DNA of 64,000 nucleotides from Batkoa obscura (Eukaryota): NCBI GenBank assembly GCA_030770535.1, contig JASVEC010000020.1, positions 744,001 to 808,000 of the forward strand, read 5' to 3'. Shown piece by piece: positions 11,896 to 25,839 of this stretch (position 1 is its first letter; each line of letters starts with the position of its first letter). The notes under the pieces were generated by a model. It saw only the letters and a program-made list of their open reading frames with translations, ran no database searches and was not told where the DNA came from. The position numbers and the translations under genes were made by a program.

Positions 11896-13158
11896 ATGAA
11901 TTACGATATGGTCAATCAAATAGACGATTTTTTCGCTGATACAATCTGTACTATTTTAACTTGGGGAATTAAGAATCCTAAATCAGCAAACACATTATCT
12001 TCTATTTGGTGCAGCGAAATGTTAAAAACGGATGGAGATGTAAGAAACAACTGAGAAAATAATAATAATAATAATAATTCCTCATTTTTATGATAGGTTC
12101 TAGATCTAGACGAAATAAATGAAGAGTCTTTAAAAGAAATAGAAATGTTATTATATGATTTAAATTTAGACATTGAAAAAGAAGAAAACAATGAAAGAGG
12201 GCTAAAACTAAATTTGATACCAAGACCCTTCTATAAAAAGTTCTCCAGAAACTTGTGGTTAATGATAAAAATGGAACGGCCGTCATTTACGTGGCACAAA
12301 AATGGAATAAAGTTAAACTTGTTAAGCCTTGATAAAAACTGTTTAAAGAGATTAGAACTAATTGAGAATAAAATTGGTGAATTTAAAAAGAACTGGTACT
12401 CTACTTTTGAAAATGAGAGCGCATTTCAGAAATATAGTGACAAAGACGATTTAAGCTTGAACACTTTAAAAGAGTTCATTTTAGAGGTAAATACGTTTTT
12501 TTCTAACTAGAACCAAATAATACATTAAATAGTTTATAACTCCTGCGGACATAGGATTAATGTTGGGGTTATTTGAAACTGAGGGTAGTTTGTTTCGTAA
12601 TATAGATTCCGATAAGCACCTTGTTTTGTTGCCAAGTATGGCTCAGTGCATCCATGCTTTTAGTGCCTATCATAAAACCAAAGATAAAAGTTGTCATAAA
12701 AAAGGAGCTAGACCAACACAATTAACCACTGGGGCTAGAGCCCTTACCAAGCATTGGCATCGCGATAGAACCACCTATTTTTGGCCCCAATGTTATGGAA
12801 GTAATAAATTTTATTTTCATCTAAATACTACTTACATATTTAGCTGAAAGACAAAAAAACAACCAAGCAAATGCCACATTAATCAAATTGATTAAAGACA
12901 CAGCTTGGATGAACCTTCATTTATTACCTGTAAGTAAATAATTAAAATTTCTAAAATAGCTAATCTAATTTAATAACTGTAATATAGGGAGGTAAACCTG
13001 CTTTTGAAATTCGTAACATCCAAGGGTATGGCGCTCGTTGGGAGCTTAAGTTAAAGCTTGATCATGATGTTGATATTCTTGTGGTTGACCACATAATCTT
13101 TCGTGGATTATTAGAACCTCCCATGGAAGATGGACATACAAACAATTGGCTACATTAG
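11896..13158 (+). CDS. Uncharacterised multi-exon protein with LTTGARALTKH...GYGARW...FRGLLEP C-terminal domain
   Basis: Exons joined by GT-AG introns (about 12040-12096, 12488-12531, 12801-12843, 12930-12987); spliced C-terminus QLTTGARALTKHWHR..FW..WMNLHLLP..FEIRNIQGYGARW..FRGLLEPPMEDGH..WLH*. Confidence 0.75.
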
Positions 13159-13714
13159 TTAGAAAATTATCTAGATATAGAGTAATCTATAAAATAATAA
13201 ATCATAAACGTATCAAAACTTTTTCATTACATAAAAATAGCTTGAACTAATATAAAATCATATCACATAATAATATATATGAATGCCTTTTTGTCCCAAT
13301 ATTTAACTAGTAATTATTGCTTTATATTGCATAATAAGTGGTCAAAATATTGAAACAAAAAGAGTATTTGTATATTCAACTGTCGATTATTAAGCAAGAG
13401 AATGTTATACATTTGTTAATCCTGTAATATATAGTTTAATTTTTAATAGAAAAATAAATCATGTCGATATTATGTAATTGAATGTTTTATATCAAAAGAT
13501 CAATATCTGTAAATTTAGAAAGCTCATAACATCAAGCAAATAATATCCTACAAAAATTAAATAAAAAATTACTTTTTAAAATGGCATTCAAACAAAAAAT
13601 ATCATTTTAATTTCTATTCAACTTTAATGCGTTAATATTACGGCTTTAAGCTTCTACATTAGTTTGGTTACTATATGTAAAGGATTAGTTTAAAAATCTT
13701 GAATTGTAAAAAAT

Positions 13715-14074
13715 TTACTTTGATCCACGGAGCCTTCCGCGGAAATCTTTATAACAATTTGGGCAAAGCTGATGCATCAATTTAGGTTGACCGCAAGAAT
13801 AACAACTAGTAATATTTTTCAAATTTTTGAGTCCTTTACCAGCCGCTCTCATTCTTTTTTTAGCATAGGATGTCTTCTTTTTTGGTACTGCTTTTAAAAT
13901 GCTTTCTTTAAGATCATCAAGCCATTGTCCAACTCTTTCTGCTACTGGAATCCAAGCGCTACTGACACTAACTTCTCTCCCTAAATAGTTTGATGTAGCT
14001 GCTATCGTTGGACCATTTTGTCTAGCTACTATTCCTCTTGGCAATATATTCCAAATTAATCCTCTAATTCCCAT
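13715..14074 (-). CDS. MRPL32: Mitochondrial ribosomal protein bL32m
   Basis: AVPKKKTSYAKKRMR followed by CxxC...H..CxxC; N-terminal presequence. Confidence 0.92.
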   Translation of the reverse strand: MGIRGLIWNILPRGIVARQNGPTIAATSNYLGREVSVSSAWIPVAERVGQWLDDLKESILKAVPKKKTSYAKKRMRAAGKGLKNLKNITSCYSCGQPKLMHQLCPNCYKDFRGRLRGSK

Positions 14075-14685
14075 TATAAAATATTTACTGTTGTTTTGTG
14101 CTAATGAAAATTATAATCCCAGATCTTTTATTATGGGTTGAATTCTTTATGCAAATTTCCATCTACTTGCATTTTGCTTCAACTTCTGCACTAGTTGGCG
14201 CAATAATTTTAGAATATTTTTTCGTTTCAGTGTTTTGTCAATATGTTTAGTTAATTGAAAAAATCTTTCTATAAAAAGCATAATCAAATCTTTCTAAACT
14301 TCTTCAAGATTTTACCTACTTATTTTCTATAGTATAAAAGGATATTTATATAAATAGATTTACTTTTATTTTAATAGTTTAGAGGTTTCCTATTTTCAAT
14401 TATCGATTGGCTGTATATTTTTATTTAATACAAAATGAATTTATCAAATATTCAATAATAACTGTAGGAAAATTTCTTTCTTGAGTTAAACCTTACTATT
14501 GTTCCTGAACCATAATAGAATTAATATTTGATACGATCAAGTAAATACTACGCTTCCAACTGTTATCAGAGTTCAGAAAACTTTGCTATATATATTAGCT
14601 GTTTTATAAATTCAGACAATAATATGATTGAAAAGGCAATAGCAATAAGTTTATCCATAGTATCTCTTAAAATCTTTGATGATAT

Positions 14686-14784
14686 GAGGATGTTTTCTTT
14701 GTCTTCATCACTTTTTCTATCTTTTAAACCCTACTTAAGTTGAAAGGTTGTTAGTAAAATTATTAAGCAAAAAAACGCATCCTC
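14686..14784 (+). mobile_element. MITE family A copy
   Basis: ATAT-GAGGATG...CATCCTC-ATAT. Confidence 0.85.
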
Positions 14785-15360
14785 ATATACTAAAACTAAT
14801 ATTAGAATGGTGATTTTATATCTATAGTTAAAAAGCTCACACGATATTAGTCATAATTCAAGGGTAAGGCTTTGGAAAAGGGCCGATTTTTTATTAGTTT
14901 AAAGCTACCAAACAGTGGTTATAAATCACATTTAAAATTTTTATATTTTCTAAAATTTCCACGTTAACTAGGTATTTAAACATTTTAACCTTACTTTTAT
15001 AGAATGTGAAAATGTCAAATATTAACAGTTGATTTAGTTAATTGATGATATGTTTAATTTAAGATTTTTTGCAGAGACATTTAAAAAGGCTTATATTGTC
15101 TATCTACTTGATCGTTCTATTAAGACATGTATAATTAGGTAATAGCAAAAATTATAGTACTATCTTTAAATATATAAAGTTGAAATTCTTTATTTATTTC
15201 TTGATATAAGATACAACTTGATTATCTTATCTATTTTATAATCCTATTTATAATTAATAGAAATGTTAAAATATTTTACAAGTATGTCAAAACTGCTTTG
15301 TATTTTGTTCAACTTTAGAAACAATTGATTAAAATATTGATTATTAGCTAACTAACATAT

Positions 15361-15459
15361 GAGGGTGTTTTCTTTGGCTTCATTACTTTTTCTATCTTTT
15401 AAGCGCTATTTGAGCGGAAAATTTGTTAGTAAAGTTCTTAAACATAAAGATATATCCCC
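15361..15459 (+). mobile_element. MITE family A copy
   Basis: ATAT-GAGGGTG...ATCCCC-ATAT. Confidence 0.88.
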
Positions 15460-15948
15460 ATATACTTTATAACCAGAACCTTATAAAGAGATTTTTTGTG
15501 TTTAAATGATAATTAATATACTCAATGTTTATATTTTAACAATATCTATTTAAATTATTTGTTTAAGTCATTATAGAAAATTTGAGCGCAGCTATAGTAG
15601 CAAATGAATTCCAACATATCCGAGTTAATACTGCGCTTAATGAACTTAAGTTTCTTCAAAATTTAAACCAATAAACTAGTGTTTAGTCTAATTTCAATGC
15701 CTATCAACAGTAGTAATTTTAGTTAAATTGTCCAATAACCTTTCCAAAGCTATTAAATAGAAAAAATGGAGTTTTACGCAGCAGTTATTCTGGGTAACAT
15801 TGCTTTTAATTAGTTAAAATTTCAACTATATAATATGATAAATAATATTAAAAATAAATTTAATAGCGCGTTTGGAAGCATTATAAAAAGGAAAGAAAAC
15901 ACCAGTTCAAAAATCAAAAATATTTATAAAAACATTTGAAGCTAAAGC

Positions 15949-18137
15949 ATGAATAAAACAAACTCAAACGACCTTTTATTTGAAGGGAAAAACTTTCTCT
16001 TCACTCAAAATGCTCTTGAAGGCGATAAATCACAGATGACAGAGAAGATACAAAACTTAGGTGGTAATGTTTTGGCCCGTTACTTGAAAAAGGTACATAT
16101 AGTAATAGTTCGATATGTTGAAGTATTAATATTTTTATAGTTAAATTATATTGTTGCAACTGAGGAAGATAAGAAAGACCCACCCAAGAAGCTAAAGCAA
16201 GCAATGGGGTGGAAAGATACTTCTATTGTTGGTTTGGATTTTATTGAGAAGTGTATTGACGAGGATAAAATTATTGCAAATGATGAGTATTTAATATTAT
16301 CTGATGACACAGTAAATTCAATCAAAAGAGCATTAAGCGATGCTGAAGATGACGACAAGGTATCAAAGATCAATAAGGTTACTATACTCGATCAAAATAC
16401 CGCAAAAAAGGTAATATATATATAGGCGAGTTTAAAATTTCTAACTTTATTCAAGGCTGTAGATGAACTTTGTTCTATTCAATCCCAAGTTTCAGTATAT
16501 TTAGATGATAATATACTATTTGATGTCATGCTGAACCAAACCAACCTTGGGCACAACAATAACAAATTCTTTATTCTACAACTCCTTGTTGATACCAAAA
16601 ATAACTATTATGTTTGGACTAGATGGGGCAGAGTTGGTGTAAATGGACAATCTTCTTTAGATAAATTCAATCAAAATTTTGATAAAGCACTTGACAAATT
16701 TACCTCTAAATTCTTTGCAAAAAGCGGCAACGAATGGCAATCTCTTCCCTATTCTCATGTAACTGGAAAGTATTTTATAATGGAAAGAGATTATGAAGAC
16801 GATGATGAGAGCGATAAAGACGCGAGTGGGGTTGTGAAATCAAAAAATGGTAATCTAGTCAGTAAACCAATTGCTGAATCAAAATTAGATCCAAGGGTAT
16901 ATAGTTTAGTCAAAAACATATTTGACGTTAAAATGATGAATGACTCAATGTCCCAATTTTCTTATGATACTAAAAAAATGCCTCTTGGAAAGTTAACTAA
17001 AGATCATATAAAGAAAAGTATGCAAGTTCTGAAAGATATTGCTGAAGAATTAGCAAGTTCATTGAATAGGTAAATAATTTGAAATTAAAAAAAATCTATC
17101 AATAACTTTATTTTCCTAGGCATAGTAAACTTGAAGAACTAAGTTCTTTATTTTATACAATTATACCCCATGCCTATGGTATGAGGAGACCACCTATTAT
17201 TGCAACAAAAGAACTATTAAAAAACAAGCTTGAGTTAGTAGAATCGTTAGCTGAAATTCAAATAGCTAATAGTTTAATAAAAAAAGTTGATGAAATCGAT
17301 TCAAATGTTAACCCAATTGATTCAAAATATAATGCATTAAACAATAACATTAAACCACTTGATAAGAAAGGAAAGGAATTTGAGCTTATTAAAGAGTATG
17401 TCAAAAACACTCATCATAATAGCTATTATGGCTATTATGATCTGAATGTAAATTGTTTTCAATTATTAAGTAGGTTATTAATATTTTTAGGTTGAAGATG
17501 CTTTTGAATTAGTTCGTAGTGGAGAAAATGAAAACTTTAAAGAATTCGAGTCTTTACACAATAGGAAATTATTATGGCATGGGTCTAGGATGAGTAATTT
17601 TGTTGGAATTTTATCTCAAGGACTTAGAATTGCTCCCCCTGAAGCTCCAGCTTCAGGATATGCGTTTGGTAAAGGAGTATATTTTGCAGATATTGTATCA
17701 AAGGTAAATCCCTTTAACTAATTTTTAGAATATTTCTTAAATTCATGTAGAGTGCTGGCTATTGTTGCTCTTTTTTATCAAATAATGAAGCATTAATGCT
17801 GCTATGTGAAGTCGCACTAGGAGATGAATTAAAATTAAAAAGTCCGAATTGTAATGCTGCAGAAAATGCCAAAAGAAACAATAAGCATTGTACAAAAGGA
17901 TTAGGACGACTACATCCAGATCCAAAGGAAGATTATATACTTGAAAACAATACAATAGTGCCAAAAGGCAAACCTATCCTCTCAAACGATGAAAACCTTA
18001 TATCCCATAATGAGTATATCGTCTATAATACTAGCCAAATTAAAATGAAGTAAGTTTTATTTAGTTTTATCTACTTAAATTAATTATCATATAATAGGTA
18101 TCTTATTAAAATTAAATTTGATTATAATAAACATTGA
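15949..18137 (+). CDS. PARP: Poly(ADP-ribose) polymerase, fungal type (BRCT-WGR-regulatory-catalytic), ~7 exons
   Basis: BRCT-like N-terminus (IQNLGG); WGR ([17 protein letters not shown]); [39 protein letters not shown] (H-Y-E triad intact). Confidence 0.95.
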
Positions 18138-19569
18138 TATTTAGATACTCATTTGTACTCTCAATAATTATTTAATTGATAGAATAATATTTATTTTAAT
18201 TATTATAACAATCGATTTATTATATTGAATAACTGCCCCAAAATTATTTAGGAACAAAATCTCGCTAAAATTTATGCTTAGATTTCCTGCTTTCCCTTTA
18301 TTGAGCACTGTAATATGCAATTGAAGTTACATTTTGCTATTTATTTTCTATCAACATTCTTAGTTCCCTCACAATCATCTTTTTATAATATAATCTTTAT
18401 AAGGGAATCGCCATTTTATTACAAAATAACACTTGTTTTTAATTATTATGAATAACAGTTTATCTTCAAAAGTTGTACTAATAACTTCTCAAAATTATCA
18501 TTTTACTAGTACTATTTACAGTAATGCTATTTGACTTTTTGTGTACTAAAATAAGTGACTACATTTTAAAGTAGTACTATCAAAAGTTTCTAATATTGCA
18601 TTGATCTTTATTAGAAAATTATTTATAAAACTTAACGATTCTTAAAGCCACTTTTTAATTATAGAACATTATAAGTACATTTGCCATTTCATATTTGTGA
18701 TTTAGTTAATTATATCATTCAATAAATGTGTTACAACCCCTTGTATTTTTCTTCAATTTTGCTGTGCTTTATATTATTTCCTAATACTGATGAATTTTCG
18801 AATTTCTCTTAATTTGGAAACAGTATATATTGTGTAGGATTGTATAAGATTATAAATATTATATTAGTATTATTATAGCTTAGAAGTTGTACAATCATTT
18901 TGAAAATGAAAAAGATAACATAATCTATTTTAAATAAATTAAAAGGAAGGAGTAACTTATTTCAGAACATAAGTGAAAAATAAAATGAATCAAATATGAA
19001 TCAAATATTAAATTTTTATAAAAATAATAAGGATTATAAGCGGAATTATCCCTAAAATAGGAACAGAAAAATCATAAAAGAGATTATTCTTAATTCTATT
19101 ATCATCTCAAATCAACTCTAACTAGCTTCGTATATTTGACAAATAAGTGCTAATACTGCCCAAATAAATCATAAAGATTAGAAAATAATAATTTTCAATT
19201 AAATTTGAAAATGACTTAAACTGGGCATTTATTCTAAAGTTTCCAGGTTGAATTTTTATTCTGTTCCTTCATAAAATGCCTGGTTAATGTAAAAATAACA
19301 CATTATGCCAATTCTTTGATCTTTAATCTATTTAACAATTTTAAAGTGTATCTTCTAAGTTATTAACTCATAAAGCTTATACTAAATATCATGTATATTT
19401 ATATATTAATCTAAAAAATAAGGCATAAACTAAACTAGATACGATTGTTTTAATTATGTAAAATCATTGTTCAAAAAAAAGCTATCAAATATTAATTAAA
19501 TGACTTTTACTTTTCAATTATTCAAAACTCAAAAAATATTTTTAAAAAATATTGAAATTATTAAATAGA

Positions 19570-20997
19570 TTAACCATAATGTTTAAACTTAAGTTCAGGA
19601 TAGCCAACTTGAGCGTTAGAAGATACTGGGGTGCTTCGAGTCATTGGGTATTCGCAATAATCCCCTCCGCCTGCTCCATTGGTATAATTTTGATAGCTAT
19701 AGGGTATTTCACAACTGTTTGGAAATTGATTAAATTGGCGGTAATGATTTTTTGGATATTCACTTGGATGAGAATAGCCTGGGCTAACTTGATACTGTTG
19801 TTCAACAGTTGAAGAGTAAACTGGTATTTGTTCGCCATAAAAGGATTGAGTAATTGGATTATTTAAACTTGTGTCACATATACTACCAGCATAAGGAACT
19901 GTTGGAAATGGTACTCCCATAGAAATAGCTTGGGAAGGATACATTCCATATTCATACTCGAGAGCTTCACTATAACTAGCTGGAGATTGTAAAGGAGCTG
20001 TAGGGCTTTGATGAAATTCAACTGGTTTCGATATTGGTGGTAAATTTGTTGGAGCTCTCCTACGACGACGAGCGGGACCTGTATTTTCTCTATAACCTTG
20101 TGTTACAGAAGGTTGAGGCATAGAAGTCGATTTATATGGTTCCCAAGGCAAAGAATTTGGTACATATGGTTGTTGAGACATTGGACTTGATGTATATGAT
20201 TGTTGAGACATGGAAACTGGTGTATAGGATTGAGTCATTGGAATTGTCGTATAAGACTGTGATATAAGTGTTAAATTTTGTGTTTTAAGATCATAACTCA
20301 TGCTCCTTGGTGAATTACGTTCAGGCACAGCCTGATTTAATTCATATTCACCTTGTTTTATATGACTCGTTGTCTTATAGTCGTTTAGTGGATCTTTGGG
20401 GTCGACTATACGTTCATAAGCTAATTGATCTTTAGAGTCAACTATACGCTCAAAAGTTTCTCGTTGATACTCAAGCATTTTATTTAAACCTTGAGATGAT
20501 ATTTCAATGTCAATTGAGTGGGCTTGGAAGGATAACATAGGATCATAGTAAAACTTCTCAATATCAGTTTCAAATAGTGGATAAAGAAGCTCATCAATTT
20601 TAAAAATTTTGGCCATTTCTTGAGCTCTTTCAAGTGGAATCCATACCCCTTTTAAAACCATACTACCAGATTTGATTACATGTCTTCCCTTTTCTGCCTT
20701 TAAAATACCATCTCGTTTACCGCGAGTCATCCCTACAACGTTTAAAAGCTTGGTACCATTAATCATGGCATTATCTTTCCTCCTTGCCACAGTCATATTA
20801 TTTGCTTCTACTTGGTAACAATAAGTATCTTCATCCTCCCACTGCACAGCAGATAGTTTTGGTAAGACACTACTGGAATGTAATAAACGAGTATTATCAT
20901 CAGATGATATAGGACTGTTATTTTGTTTTGTTTGGTTCCACATTGGATTTTTATAATGTTGATTAGGAGTTGTTAAAGTGGTGTGATCAGTTTGCAT
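19570..20997 (-). CDS. stuA: APSES transcription factor, StuA/Phd1/Sok2-like
   Basis: [58 protein letters not shown]. Confidence 0.9.
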   Translation of the reverse strand: MQTDHTTLTTPNQHYKNPMWNQTKQNNSPISSDDNTRLLHSSSVLPKLSAVQWEDEDTYCYQVEANNMTVARRKDNAMINGTKLLNVVGMTRGKRDGILKAEKGRHVIKSGSMVLKGVWIPLERAQEMAKIFKIDELLYPLFETDIEKFYYDPMLSFQAHSIDIEISSQGLNKMLEYQRETFERIVDSKDQLAYERIVDPKDPLNDYKTTSHIKQGEYELNQAVPERNSPRSMSYDLKTQNLTLISQSYTTIPMTQSYTPVSMSQQSYTSSPMSQQPYVPNSLPWEPYKSTSMPQPSVTQGYRENTGPARRRRRAPTNLPPISKPVEFHQSPTAPLQSPASYSEALEYEYGMYPSQAISMGVPFPTVPYAGSICDTSLNNPITQSFYGEQIPVYSSTVEQQYQVSPGYSHPSEYPKNHYRQFNQFPNSCEIPYSYQNYTNGAGGGDYCEYPMTRSTPVSSNAQVGYPELKFKHYG

Positions 20998-22558
20998 ATT
21001 GCTATTGATTATTGATAATTTGATTAAGTGATAGAGGATATAATAAGAATAATAAGACTATTTATTTTATAGATATAAGCCTGTTGTCATTAACTAGAAA
21101 TAAAATGGATAAAGCAGATAGCTTTAGTAAACAAGATTGACTAAAAGTACAAATAAAAAACTATGAAGAATAATAGTTGAGAAATTAAATAATCATAGAA
21201 GTTTAATAATGAAATATTGATTAAACTAACAAAATTTAAATGGTGATTTGATCTGCTTATATACTTTTCAATTAATCAATTTCTAAACTTCACTTTAAAA
21301 ATTCTTTATCAAAATAATAATGTATACTTAATTTAGTTTATTCTCTTTTTTATATGGCAATCGATGAAATTTTTATTTATACTAATATGGTAGTGCTAAT
21401 AGTTTCCCCATCGCTCTCAAGTTACCATCCATTTTATGAACTCCATGATTTCACTTTCTTCTCCAAAGTATTACGATTGTAAATCCAAGTTTAATTGAAA
21501 TAAAGATTATTTCTAACGATTATGGTTGGCTCATTGTAAATAAAAACCAATCAATATTACAATATCTTTTTTTCTCTTCAACTTATTTGATTAGTTTAAT
21601 GTGGCACTTATTAGCAATTTAACAAGTCAACTTGGAATAGGAAGTACTTCGGCTCATAGCCAAAACAAGAAGTCAAAAATCTAGTGATAATTTATTCAAG
21701 TTGATGGCCCTTAAATTTAATTACATGTGATCACAGCTTGTTTTATAAATTTACAAATATTTATTAAATGGTTTGAACAGATCAGTCTGTTTTCGGATAC
21801 TATACAAGTGTAAATTTGAAATTTTATAACATAACGGAGCTTTTGATAAACGAATTTAATTAGTTCAAATAAGGCTACTTGGCTGAATTAAAGACATGAA
21901 TTTAAAATCAATATGGGTGTAGTAGTAGTTACATGAGATTATACTTGTAATTAAATTCTTCTTATTGGTCAAGTTACAAATCTTTTAATTATTTATTGTT
22001 AGTCATTTATGAATAAGTAAAATTATCTCCATCCCCAAAACTAACAGTTGAAAACTATTATAATTGAATGATCGAATAATAGAATAAATAGCTGAAGAAC
22101 TTTTTATTGTGTTTCTATAGAAACTTAATAAACAATTCTTGTTTAAGTTGGTTGCCATTCATGGTTATAGCGAGCTTTGAATTTTGTGATATGTTTATAT
22201 ATTACTTTTGTATATATTTATTCTATTTTGATTAAATTAGCTTTTAAGATATCAACGATATTATACTGGTCAATGATTTCATAATAATGAGTTGTAAATG
22301 TTTGTTATTTGAATTTAATATATTTATTCTTTAGTATTCTGTAATATTATTTTATATTTAATTTAAGTTTGAACATGTAAAGAGTATTCTTTAATAAGTA
22401 TAAATAAATAGTAAATTAAATGATCAAATGCAAGTAGCTATATTAATTCTATTGATCGAATTACTTTAATTTCAACTAATTTACTTTTTTAATTACTCAA
22501 AAAATAGCTATAACAAAAGTAAGTTATTTCTCTATTCAAATTTCTCTATTCAATCTAG

Positions 22559-22700
22559 AAAAGTAAAAAGTAAAAAAAAGTAAAAAAAAGTAAAAAATAA
22601 AAAGTAAAAAGTAAAAAGTAAAAAGTAAAAAGATGAATCTTAAAAAATAAAATCGACTATAAATTATTAATATATTAATATATTAATATATTAATATATA
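22559..22700. repeat. Simple tandem repeats (AAAAGT)n-like and (ATTAATAT)n-like
   Basis: Visible runs aaaagtaaaaagt... (22559-22631) and attaatatattaata... (22665-22700). Confidence 0.8.
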
Positions 22701-24808
22701 ATGAAATTAAAGTTTAGATTAAAAAACTTTATTGTTTAAATGCCATTACTAAGCAGAAATAAATTACTATGTACTCCAGTTTCCATTAGAAATATTTGAC
22801 TGAAAACCACTTTTTCTTCTGCATTAAATCCAGAATCTGAATTAGATTTATGCAATTTAAGTTATAAGTTGACTAGAATTCTAAAATACAATAGACCAAC
22901 TCCTAAGTAATAAAAAATAGCAGTAATTTTTTCAATTAAAAACTCAATAAAAATATTATGATTGAGCCCAACTTTGAATTTTTTAAAAGCCTCATAATCA
23001 AAAGTAAGCATTAACAGTTACCCAGCTCATACAGAAACAATATTGTAAGTGACCAGAATGAATTATAATTATGAAAAAATTCATAGAAACAGTCTGCGAA
23101 TTTGGATTAAAACTTTAATGCACCATAACTTTTAAACTAAAAGTTCCAACTTAATCGGACGGTCAAATAAACCATATTTAAACAAAACTTTATTCTCAAG
23201 TATCGGGAACTATACCAAATAAATCGTAAGCTGAGAGAATAAAACAGGGCTAAAACATCCGAGCTACATTTATAACTGTTTAATTAAACGATTAAAAAAG
23301 TAATTAAATTTTAAGATCATGACTTTTTAGTGGTTACTAAGGTTATTACTTTTTTGTTACTTTTTATTACTTTTTTATTACTTTGATAAAACAAGTGGAA
23401 AATAAAATTAACTAGATTATGATCGAAATGATAAGAAGATGAAGACTAATTCTTTTTTGATATATAAAAGTAACAAATGTTTTATTTCTTATTCAACTTT
23501 TATGATATAAGCATTATTTTATTTACTTTCTTATAAATTCTATGATATAAACATTATGCTATTTATTTAAGTAGAAATGAAAAATAGTCGGATGATCGCT
23601 TCTATTGAATGATTAAAAAAGTATCTTCATTGTTCTAAAAGCCAAATCAAGTTAAAGTTTCCATGTTTTACTTTAATAAGAATTAATATCAGTTCTTCTA
23701 TAATCAAAGCTTTTTTATTATATTATATTATTGAGATAATAAGGTTCTTATTTTAACTTAGAGCCGGGTAAAGTTGATGTAAGATTTTGTAAAAAAAATA
23801 AAACTTATTTTATTAAACTTTATGACTTTTCGAAAATTAACATAAATAGTAGATAATTTCTTAATAAAGGGAGGGGATAATATTGTTTTTAATTATGCCA
23901 TCTTGGATCGTAGTCAAGGAACTGGTAAATTATTCTATCAATTTTTTATTAAAACCTGAAAATTTTGATCAGAAATAAAACTCAATACATCTTTTGAGAA
24001 AGTTTAAAATACCGAGATTAATCATTTGCAAGCAAACATTTAATAAAACGCAAAAACTTCTAGTATTTCATTGTTTTTGTTTCCAATTATCAACCGTTAG
24101 AACTTACGTTTTTCAAAACAATGTACAAAATTTAGAAATCCTGAAGTGGAAAATTTGAGCAGATTTATTAGAGATAATGTTTGAATGGACTAAATTCTTA
24201 AAAATGCCAAGACGATTACATCGTTAATTAATTCATACTGAAATCAACCTAATTTACTGACGTTTTATAACAAATAAATAGCTTAAGAATAAAGCCTAAA
24301 AGTAAACAATTAGTTTATAATATTTATATTTACAATTTATTTTTCATTCGTTTACTATCAAGAATTATCGTCAATTTTAAAACTTTATGACTTTGTTCTA
24401 CTTTGACTAAGCTTCGATCACTTGATAAGGATTAAATGGAGTAGTATGTGATATTCAATGTGATATATTATTCTTTGAAATTTATGAATGATCTAATATT
24501 TTATTAGTTATTTATTAAGAATAACAAAAGAATTTATTTCTTATTACATAGTTTTTATTAGATGTTTAAAATAGTTTGTTTGATCTTAATCGTATACTAA
24601 TCTGTTTAATGCTATTATTTTAACATGTAAACTTTTAAATGAAACAATTACTAAGCTTAGTAATTTAATTTTACTAGGCTTTTAAACTCATTCAATATTA
24701 CCTGATTGTAAGTATTCCTTATTATTTTTTATAATTATTATTTTATATTTTATTTATTTGTTTATTTTGAATTTATGTTTTAATTTTAATTTTATAAAGG
24801 TTTAACCT

Positions 24809-24964
24809 GAAATGTTTTTCTTAATTTTATTACTTTTCCATTTTTTAAGCGTTATTTGAGTGGAAATAATGGGGATGCGTTTTTATGTAAGGATTTTACT
24901 AATAATTTTTCCACTCAAATAATACTTAAAGATGGAGAGTAATAAACCTAAAAAAAACGCTCCC
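24809..24964. mobile_element. Truncated + strand MITE A (~24809-24866) abutting a - strand MITE A (24871-24964)
   Basis: ...tacttttccattttttaagcgttatttgagtggaaa taat ggggatg...ccactcaaataatacttaaa...aaacgctccc. Confidence 0.8.
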
Positions 24965-25287
24965 AATGTTATCTTTAGTAACTTTATTTTAATTAATGGA
25001 ATTCTTTTATTTAGTTTGTATATTTTTTATTTAATTTATAATAATTTTTTAGAACCTGATTTTTGTATTTTTAAATGAATAATAAATTAACTTATAATAG
25101 AACTATAACAACCATGTTTATATTTATAATTATCATTTAAAAAAATTATATAATTTATAAAAAATTATTTAAGATTTTAAACTAATATTTAAAATTATAT
25201 GTTATAAGTCAATATAAAAAATAGAATGTTATAAAGGTTGTATTAAATAGTTAAAAAGTAATTTTGATAATAAAATAAATATTAAAT

Positions 25288-25384
25288 GGGGCTGTATTTT
25301 TGTGTTTAAGAATTTTACTAACAGTCTTTCTACTCAAATAGCGCTCAAAAAATAGAAATCAATGAAATCAAAAAAAACATCCCC
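25288..25384 (-). mobile_element. MITE family A copy
   Basis: AAAT-GGGGCTG...CATCCCC-ATAT, reverse orientation. Confidence 0.88.
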
Positions 25385-25714
25385 ATATATATAATATAAA
25401 GTAAAAAAAGGTAAAAGCTGATTAAAATTATAAAGTGATTAAAATTTGTAAATAAAATCTGTAATTTAATTTAAGCTAAAAAATCAACCAGTATTAAATT
25501 TAGTATTAAATACTTAGTATTAATTTTTTATATAATTAAACTTCTTGAGCTGATTTTTAATTTTAATAAAGCTGTTAAATACTATTAAGCTTATAATATT
25601 CATAATAATAATTTAGATATTAAGTTATTTAAGCTGAGATCTGACTAGTTTATAAATAATCAAAATATTGATATAATAATAAAATATTAAAAATTAAAAT
25701 AATCTTTATAATTT

Positions 25715-25812
25715 GGGGATGTTTTTTTTGGTTTCATTACTTTTTCTATTTTTTTAAGCCCTATTTGGGCGGAAAAATTGTTAGTAAAACTTATACACAA
25801 AAATACATCCCC
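25715..25812 (+). mobile_element. MITE family A copy with ATTT TSD
   Basis: ATTT-GGGGATG...CATCCCC-ATTT. Confidence 0.9.
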
Positions 25813-25839
25813 ATTTAAAATTTTGAACTTTATTGCAAA

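Noticed and set aside
945..15459. Recurrent ~98-bp repeat as a possible CRISPR array or SINE
   Set aside because: Irregular spacing, both orientations, TIRs and 4-bp TSDs, and no Pol III boxes or A-tail indicate a MITE.
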